Source: Dehalococcoidia bacterium (GTDB lineage: Bacteria; Chloroflexota; Dehalococcoidia; UBA2979). Taken from it: 64,000 nucleotides of DNA. Within the stretch, counting starts at the first letter, position 1, and every line of letters starts with the position of its first letter. A program made the position numbers and the translations under genes. This document shows, piece by piece, positions 58,004-64,000 of the stretch. The notes beneath the pieces are model-generated. The model worked only from the letters and a program-made list of their open reading frames with translations. It was not told the origin of the DNA and made no database searches. The stretch lies in contig OZ253555.1 in NCBI GenBank assembly GCA_965262725.1, forward strand, positions 3,136,001 through 3,200,000. Reading direction: 5' to 3'.

Positions 58004-58093
58004 TGGCGGAGGGGGTGGGATTCGAACCCACGGTGCATCGAAACACACGACGGATTTCAAGGCCGCTCCCTTAAACCACTCGGGCACCCCTCC
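58004..58093 (-). tRNA. tRNA-Ser(TGA), 90 nt, encoded CCA
   Basis: GGAGGGG/CCCCTCC acceptor stem, G73, anticodon loop CT-TGA-AA, long variable arm, GTTCGAATC. Confidence 0.95.
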
Positions 58094-58186
58094 GCGGGAG
58101 ATCCTATCGCGGTCCCGGGTCCCGGCGAGCCGGGACCCCCTCCGCGGCGCCGCCGACGCCCGGCGACGGCATAGACTGAAGGGGCA

Positions 58187-58618
58187 ATGTCGGGGAGGGC
58201 GATGACTCTGAGCGACGCCGACCGCCACGCGATCGTGGAGCTCACTGCCCGCTACAGCTGGGAGCTCGACGTGAAGCGCGACGCCGCCGCCGTGGCGGCG
58301 ACGTTCACCGACGACGGCCTCTTCGTTGGCGACACCGGCACGGCGTCGCGCGGTCGCGCGCAGCTGATGCGCCACTTCGAGCGAACCTGGGAGCGATGGG
58401 CGCAGCGCGCCCCGCTGCGCCACTGGACATCGAACCACGTCATCGAGGGCGACGGCGATGAGGCGACCCACACGTGCTACATCCTCCTCATAGCGCTGGA
58501 GGGTGAGGGACCGCGGGTCGACAGGACCGGGATCTACCGCGATCGACTGAGGCGGGTCGAGGGGCGCTGGCTCTTCGCCGAGCGCCAGGTATCCATCGAC
58601 CAATACCCCCGCTTCTAG
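58187..58618 (+). CDS. SnoaL-like/NTF2 family protein
   Basis: DRHAIVELTARYSWELD, FTDDG, RHWTSN, GIYRDRLRR..GRWLFAER. Confidence 0.85.
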   Translation: MSGRAMTLSDADRHAIVELTARYSWELDVKRDAAAVAATFTDDGLFVGDTGTASRGRAQLMRHFERTWERWAQRAPLRHWTSNHVIEGDGDEATHTCYILLIALEGEGPRVDRTGIYRDRLRRVEGRWLFAERQVSIDQYPRF

Positions 58619-58728
58619 GACTGCGGGCGGCGGGCGGCGGTGCGGTATGGTGCCCGCGGGCGGCGCGTGCGCGCCGCCGGGCAGGGCGTGGCCGCCCACG
58701 ACGCGCGGCCCGGGAGCGAGGTGACGAA

Positions 58729-59289
58729 GTGACCGGGAGAACGCCGGGCGCCCTCCAGAGGCTCTCCATCGACGGAGGCGACGTCGAACTTCGCTACATG
58801 GAGCCGGCGGACGCCGACACGCTGCTCGCGTTCGCGCGGTCGGTCCCCAAGCACGATCTCATGTTCCTCCCGACGGACATCACAACCGTCGAGGGCGTGA
58901 ACGGTTGGGTCGACGATGTCCTGCTCGGTCTAGCCTCGGTGATCCTCGCGACCCGCGAGGACGAGATCATCGGCTTCGGCGGGGTGGCCCGGCACGAAGC
59001 GACCTGGATGCGACACATCGCCGATCTCCACGTCGTCGTCGGCGCCGCGTGGCGCGGCCACGGCCTCGGCCACCGGCTTGCCTCCGAGGGGCTGTCGCTC
59101 GCCGGCGGCCTCGGCGTCCGTCGTGTCATGACGCAGATGACGCTCGATCAGATCGCCGCGATGCGGACCTTCCGCGCGCTCGCCTTCGTCCCGGTCGCCG
59201 TGCTGCACGACCAGGTCAGCGATACCAACGGCGAGACCTACGACCTGCTGCTGATGCACCGGGACATCGCCTCGGGGGAGGAGATCTAG
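58729..59289 (+). CDS. GNAT family N-acetyltransferase
   Basis: VGAAWRGHGLG acetyl-CoA binding motif. Confidence 0.82.
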   Translation: MTGRTPGALQRLSIDGGDVELRYMEPADADTLLAFARSVPKHDLMFLPTDITTVEGVNGWVDDVLLGLASVILATREDEIIGFGGVARHEATWMRHIADLHVVVGAAWRGHGLGHRLASEGLSLAGGLGVRRVMTQMTLDQIAAMRTFRALAFVPVAVLHDQVSDTNGETYDLLLMHRDIASGEEI

Positions 59290-59422
59290 CGCGCCGTCCC
59301 CCCGCGGGCGCGCCCGCGCCCGCGCCCGCGCACACATCCTCGCGCGCTCCGGGCGGTCGGGCCCCGGACCCTGTACCGTCTCCGCGACGCCGTGATCACG
59401 CGGCGAGCGCCGGGGGCCCACC

Positions 59423-59749
59423 GTGATCTACGAACTCCGCGTCTACAGCGCGCTTCCGGGGCGCCGGGAGGCGATGCTCACCCGCTTCCGCGACCACACC
59501 ACGCGCCTCTTCGAGAAGCACGGGATGCGCAACATCGGCTACTGGACGAACTACGCGGGCGGGCGCTACGGGGAGCTCGTCTACCTGCTCGCGTTCGAGG
59601 ACGTCGCGCAGCGCGAACGCGCCTGGGCGGCTTTCAGCGCGGACCCCGAGTGGCGCGCCGCGTACGAGGACTCCGAGCGCGACGGGCCCATAGTGAGCCA
59701 CAGCGAGAACCGTCTGCTCGAGCCGACAGACTTCTCGCCGCTTCGCTGA
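59423..59749 (+). CDS. NIPSNAP family protein
   Basis: MIYELRVY...RFRDHT..LFEKHG...F.ADPEW...PTDFSPL. Confidence 0.9.
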   Translation: MIYELRVYSALPGRREAMLTRFRDHTTRLFEKHGMRNIGYWTNYAGGRYGELVYLLAFEDVAQRERAWAAFSADPEWRAAYEDSERDGPIVSHSENRLLEPTDFSPLR

Positions 59750-59836
59750 CGCAGCTCGACCCCAATCACCCGCCCGGTACCTTGAGGGGGGCATGGGCGC
59801 GTGCTACGATCGCTGTCGGCGTCGCCTCTCGAGGAT

Positions 59837-59865
59837 GACGTGGGCACGGGCCCACGTCTTTTTTT
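59837..59865 (+). terminator. rimP-leader-type intrinsic terminator/attenuator ahead of nusA
   Basis: GACGTGGGC-ACGG-GCCCACGTC-T7; extended -10 TGcTACGAT at 59802-59810. Confidence 0.8.
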
Positions 59866-59921
59866 AGCCCGGCACGCGGCCACCATCTGTTCGCGGCCCG
59901 TTGAGCGACGCTGGGGAGATC

Positions 59922-61520
59922 ATGAAGAACGAGTTCGTCGTCGCGATCACACAGCTCTCGGCCGAGAAGAGCCTGGACACCGACACCGTCTTCGACGCCG
60001 TCGAGTCGGCGATGGCGTCGGCGTTCAAGAACGACGACCTCCTCTACGCCGACGTCGTGGTGAAGATCGACCGCGACTCCGGGGACATCGACGCGTGGCG
60101 CCGCTACGAGGTGGTCGCCGACGACGAGATCGAAGACGACGAGTTGCAGCTATCACCGGAGCGCGCCGCCGCGATGGGCCACCCGGGCCTCGCGCCCGGC
60201 GACGAGGTGCTCGAGCCCATCCCCCAGAGTCCGAGCACAGGCCGAATCGCAGCCCAGACCGCAAAACAGGTCGTGCTGCAGCGGCTGCGCGAGGCGGAGC
60301 GCGAGGCGGTCTACAGCGAGTTCACCAGCAAGGAAGGCGAGCTGGTCTCCGGCACGGTGCTGCGCGTCGAGCAGGGCCGGCACGTGATCATCGACCTCGG
60401 CCGCACCGAGGCCGTGCTCCCCGTCTCCGAGCAGGTCCGACCGGAGCACTACCGGGTCGGCCAGCGCCTGCGGGTCTACGTGAAGGAGGTCTACCGCGCC
60501 TCGAAGGGGCCCCAGGTGGTGATCTCGCGCTCGCACCCCGAGCTCGTCCGACGGCTGCTCGAGCTCGAGGTGCCCGAGATCGCGCGCGGCACCGTGGAGG
60601 TGATGAGGATCGCGCGCGATCCCGGCTATCGCTCGAAGGTCGCGCTCATCTCGCGCCAGCACGGCATCGATCCGATCGGAGCCACGATCGGGATCCGCGG
60701 CTCGCGCATCCAGAACATCGTGAACGAGCTCAACGGCGAGCGGATCGATCTGATCCGCTGGGATCCGAACGACGCCGTCTTCGTGAGCAGTGCCCTCCGT
60801 CCCGCCGAGGTGGTCTCAGTGAGGGTGGATGCGCAGACGAACACTGCCTTCGTGGCCGTGCCGGACAAGCAGATGACGCTCGCGATCGGCAAAGAGGGTC
60901 AGAACGCGCGCCTCGCCGCGAAGCTCGCGGGGCGCCGCATCGAGATCCAGACGGAGGGCTCCCTCATCAGCGCCGGGGAGGATCTCTACCCACCGCCCGA
61001 GCCGAACATGGAGGCGATCCCGCGCTCGGACGTGCCACTGGAGCCCGCGCTGCCCCCGCTGCCCGAGGCCGTCGCCACCGGCGCCGACTACCAGCGCCCG
61101 GGCCTCCCCGGATCGTCGCCGCCGCCGGCCGCGCCGGCGACCGCTCCTCCCGAGCCCGCGCTCACGCCGGAGCAGGAGGTCTTGGCAGGGTTCGTGGAAG
61201 AGGAGCCGACTGCGCCTCTCGAGGAGACGCATCCCGCTCCGACGCGGCCCCAGCCGGCGGCGCCGGCCACCGGCCTCCGCTTCGCCGAGGAGATCTCCGG
61301 CCTGGCGCGCGAGGAGGAGCCGGAGGAGCGCCGGCCGCCGCGGCGCCCGCGACGGGCGAGCGGGCGCGGCGGCCGCGCTGCCGGTGCCGAGCGCGCTCCG
61401 GTCGCGCCGCGCGAGGGACGACGCTTCGAGGTCGACGAGGAGGATATCGAGGAGGGACTCGCCGAGCTCCACGACGACTACAGCGAGTACGCCGACATGT
61501 TCACGGACGAGGAGGAGTAG
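59922..61520 (+). CDS. nusA: Transcription termination factor NusA
   Basis: GRIAAQTAKQV, ELEVPEI, IARDPG.RSK, AIGKEGQNARLAAKL. Confidence 0.96.
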   Translation: MKNEFVVAITQLSAEKSLDTDTVFDAVESAMASAFKNDDLLYADVVVKIDRDSGDIDAWRRYEVVADDEIEDDELQLSPERAAAMGHPGLAPGDEVLEPIPQSPSTGRIAAQTAKQVVLQRLREAEREAVYSEFTSKEGELVSGTVLRVEQGRHVIIDLGRTEAVLPVSEQVRPEHYRVGQRLRVYVKEVYRASKGPQVVISRSHPELVRRLLELEVPEIARGTVEVMRIARDPGYRSKVALISRQHGIDPIGATIGIRGSRIQNIVNELNGERIDLIRWDPNDAVFVSSALRPAEVVSVRVDAQTNTAFVAVPDKQMTLAIGKEGQNARLAAKLAGRRIEIQTEGSLISAGEDLYPPPEPNMEAIPRSDVPLEPALPPLPEAVATGADYQRPGLPGSSPPPAAPATAPPEPALTPEQEVLAGFVEEEPTAPLEETHPAPTRPQPAAPATGLRFAEEISGLAREEEPEERRPPRRPRRASGRGGRAAGAERAPVAPREGRRFEVDEEDIEEGLAELHDDYSEYADMFTDEEE

Positions 61521-61563
61521 CGGCACGCCACTGGAGGCCACGACGAAACGCCGCCGGCCACAC

Positions 61564-61875
61564 GTGCCGGACCCGGTCCGGCAGCGGCCCCAGCGCAGCT
61601 GCGTCGCCTGCCGCTCGAAGCGGGAGAAGCGCCAGCTGACGCGGCTCGTGCGCGACACCGACGGATCCATCCACACGGACCCCGAGGGGCGGGCCGAAGG
61701 GCGCGGCGCTTACCTCTGTGACGACCCGGCCTGCTGGCGGCGCGTGGTCACGAAGCCCATGCTGCTGGCCCGCGCGCTGCGCGCGCCGGCCGGGACCATC
61801 GCAGCCTCGGCGCTGGAGAATCTTGCGGGAGCGCCCGCAGCGCCGGTCGTGCCGGCGGAGGGAGCGAGCAGATGA
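61564..61875 (+). CDS. ylxR: YlxR/RnpM (DUF448) family protein
   Basis: PQRSCVACR...L.RLVR...GRGAYLC; start uncertain. Confidence 0.88.
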   Translation: MPDPVRQRPQRSCVACRSKREKRQLTRLVRDTDGSIHTDPEGRAEGRGAYLCDDPACWRRVVTKPMLLARALRAPAGTIAASALENLAGAPAAPVVPAEGASR

Positions 61876-63689
61876 CGCAGGCAGGATCCCCGGTCCGCCT
61901 CCCCGACGCGATCACGGTCAAGGACCTCGCCGACCTGCTCGGCGTGACCTCCATCGACGTGATCAAGGAGCTGATGAAGAACGGGGTCATGGCCACCATC
62001 AACCAGGTGGTGGACTTCGACACGGCCGCCATCGTCGCGAGCGACTTCGGATTCGTGCCGGAGGAGGCGAACGCCCCGCCGACACTCGCTGTCGCCGACC
62101 CGGCCGATGCCCCCGACGAGGCGCGCGAGGAGGAGGGCGACCGCGCGAGCACCTCGCGCCGGATCGTGGAGGAGGCGGGCCCGGATCTGAGGCCGCGCCC
62201 CCCGATCATCACCGTCCTGGGTCACGTTGACCACGGGAAGACCACCGTGCTCGATCGCATCCGCGAGGCGAAGGTGGCGGAGAGCGAGGCGGGCGGGATC
62301 ACGCAGCACATCGGCGCCTACCGCGCGACCGCGCCCGACGGTCGGGAGATCACCTTTATCGACACCCCGGGGCACGAGGCCTTCACGCAGATGCGCGCGC
62401 GCGGCGCGCAGGTGACCGACGTCGCCATTGTGGTGGTTGCTGCCGACGACGGCGTCATGCCGCAGACGCGCGAGGCGCTCGACCACGTGCGCGCCGCCGG
62501 CGTCCCGCTCGTCGTCGCCATCAACAAGATCGACACCGGGAACGCCGACCCGGACCGGGTCAAGCGGCAGCTGATGGAGGTCGGTCTCGTCCCGGAGGAG
62601 TTCGGAGGCGAGCAGGTGGTCGTGCCGATCTCCGCGCTGCAAGGCGAGGGGATCGAGGAGTTGATCGAGAGCGTCCAGCTCGTCGCCGATCTGCAGGAGC
62701 TCGCCGCCAGCCCGGACCGCGAGGCGACGGGGATCGTGCTCGAGGCCGCGACCGATCCGCATCGAGGCGTGGTGGCCACCATCCTCGTGCAGAGCGGCAC
62801 TCTCCGCGTGGGCGACGCCATCCTTGCGGGCTTCGCCCACGGGCGCATCAAGGCGATGACCGACGAGCGGGGAGCCCGGCTGCGCAACGCCGGGCCCTCG
62901 GTACCGACGGTGGTGCTCGGCCTCTCGGAGGTGCCGCCCGCCGGGGAACGCGTCGTGGTGGTGGGAAGCGACCGCGAGGCGCGCCGCCTCGCCGAGGAGC
63001 GGCGGCGGGCCTCCGAGGCCGGCGGCGAGAGCGCGGGCGCCGTGTCGCTCGACACGCTCTTCGGCGAGATTCACAGCGGCAACGTGCGCGACTTCAACGT
63101 CGTCTTGAAGACCGACGTGCAGGGCTCGGTGGAGCCGCTCGTCCGCTCGTTGGAGGAGCTTGCCGTTGACGAGGTCAACGTCAAGGTGATCCACGCCGCC
63201 GCCGGATCCATCAACGAGTCCGACGTGAACCTCGCCGTCGCCTCGCAGGGCGTCATCCTCGGCTTCAACACGCGCCCGGAGCTGGGCGCGCGCCGCTTGG
63301 CCACCCAGGAGAGCGTGGAGATCCGACTGTACGACGTGATCTACCAGATGCTCGACGACGTCCGGCTCGCGGTCTCGGGGCTGCTCGAGCCGATCTTCGA
63401 GGAGCGCCAGGACGCGAGCATCGAGGTGCGCGCCGTCTTCCGCCGGGGAAGGCGCAACGCCATCGCCGGGTGCTACGTCCGCGCCGGAACGGCCCGTCGC
63501 GGCGCGAAAGCCCGCGTGCTGCGCAGCGGCAAGCAGCTGCACGAGGGCGAGATCGGATCGCTGCGCCGCATCGACGAGGACGCGCGCGAGGTTGCCGCCG
63601 GGCTCGAGTGCGGGATCATGATCGGCGGGTTCACCGCGTTCGAAGAGGGCGACGAGGTCGTCACGTACCATCTGGAGCAGACGCGCTGA
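61872..63689 (+). CDS. infB: Translation initiation factor IF-2
   Basis: GHVDHGKT, GGITQHIGAY, DTPGHEAF, NKID. Confidence 0.97.
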   Translation: MTQAGSPVRLPDAITVKDLADLLGVTSIDVIKELMKNGVMATINQVVDFDTAAIVASDFGFVPEEANAPPTLAVADPADAPDEAREEEGDRASTSRRIVEEAGPDLRPRPPIITVLGHVDHGKTTVLDRIREAKVAESEAGGITQHIGAYRATAPDGREITFIDTPGHEAFTQMRARGAQVTDVAIVVVAADDGVMPQTREALDHVRAAGVPLVVAINKIDTGNADPDRVKRQLMEVGLVPEEFGGEQVVVPISALQGEGIEELIESVQLVADLQELAASPDREATGIVLEAATDPHRGVVATILVQSGTLRVGDAILAGFAHGRIKAMTDERGARLRNAGPSVPTVVLGLSEVPPAGERVVVVGSDREARRLAEERRRASEAGGESAGAVSLDTLFGEIHSGNVRDFNVVLKTDVQGSVEPLVRSLEELAVDEVNVKVIHAAAGSINESDVNLAVASQGVILGFNTRPELGARRLATQESVEIRLYDVIYQMLDDVRLAVSGLLEPIFEERQDASIEVRAVFRRGRRNAIAGCYVRAGTARRGAKARVLRSGKQLHEGEIGSLRRIDEDAREVAAGLECGIMIGGFTAFEEGDEVVTYHLEQTR

Positions 63690-63776
63690 TCCCGGCGCCG
63701 CTGGAGGGTGCTCGCGCCTCGTGGGCCGCTCCCGGATCCGGGTCCCGGCGGCGCCGGGACCTGCGGCGATGACGCA

Positions 63777-64000
63777 ATGAGCCGTCGAACAGAGAAGCTC
63801 GCCGACCTCCTGCAGTCGACGCTCGCCGAACTGATCCAGCGCCGCCTCAAGGACCCCGTCCTAGAGGGAGGCCTGATCTCGCTGACCCGCGTGGAGGTCA
63901 CGCCCGACCTCGCCACTGCGCGCGTCTACGTCTCGGTGCTCAGTCTCGGCGACGGAGGCGAAGTCGACACGAGACTGCTCGAGCAGGGGGTCCTCGCCGC
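63777..64000 (+). CDS. rbfA: Ribosome-binding factor A (runs off window end)
   Basis: MSRRTEKLADLL...LKDP...TRVEVTPDLATARVYVS. Confidence 0.92.
   Translation, partial: MSRRTEKLADLLQSTLAELIQRRLKDPVLEGGLISLTRVEVTPDLATARVYVSVLSLGDGGEVDTRLLEQGVLA

Larger units (their letters stand above)
51800..58061. mobile_element. Decayed composite genomic island integrated at tRNA-Ser(TGA)
   Basis: 58-bp direct repeat of the tRNA 3' half at both ends; integrase remnant; visibly more A/T than the flanks; TA, defence and anti-defence remnants. Confidence 0.92.

Noticed and set aside
58004-58093. Possible tRNA-Sec (TCA visible on the plus strand, long variable arm)
   Set aside because: The gene is on the minus strand with anticodon TGA and a 7-bp acceptor stem, i.e. 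a normal Ser tRNA.

Overview
High-GC bacterial chromosome segment. The gene content suggests Chloroflexota, class Dehalococcoidia (inference only): LLM and PPOX flavin/F420 oxidoreductases, many crotonases and CoA-transferases, Tat-exported ABC binding proteins, short IF2. Core and metabolic genes include murB, ilvD, an M1 aminopeptidase, a TPP-riboswitch thiamine ABC operon ending in a stand-alone GAF gene, a cobalamin-riboswitch btuCD-like pair, a lone divergent groEL, a LIV-type ABC transporter and nusA-ylxR-infB-rbfA behind a rimP-leader-type terminator. The main accessory feature is a ~6.2 kb decayed island at tRNA-Ser(TGA), bounded by a 58-bp direct repeat (51800-51857 / 58004-58061). 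Paired ATGCCTAC repeats, probable integrase arm sites, lie inside both ends. The island also carries two further tRNA 3' halves (Asp, with its own repeats on both sides like a complete attP, and a degenerate Pro-like one), two tyrosine-integrase tails, an intact GH15 gene, a DUF104/PIN toxin-antitoxin pair with a frameshifted toxin, a truncated PLD nuclease, and ArdC, RelE and heme-o-synthase remnants. All assignments come from motif recognition by eye; no database searches were run, and several start codons are estimates.
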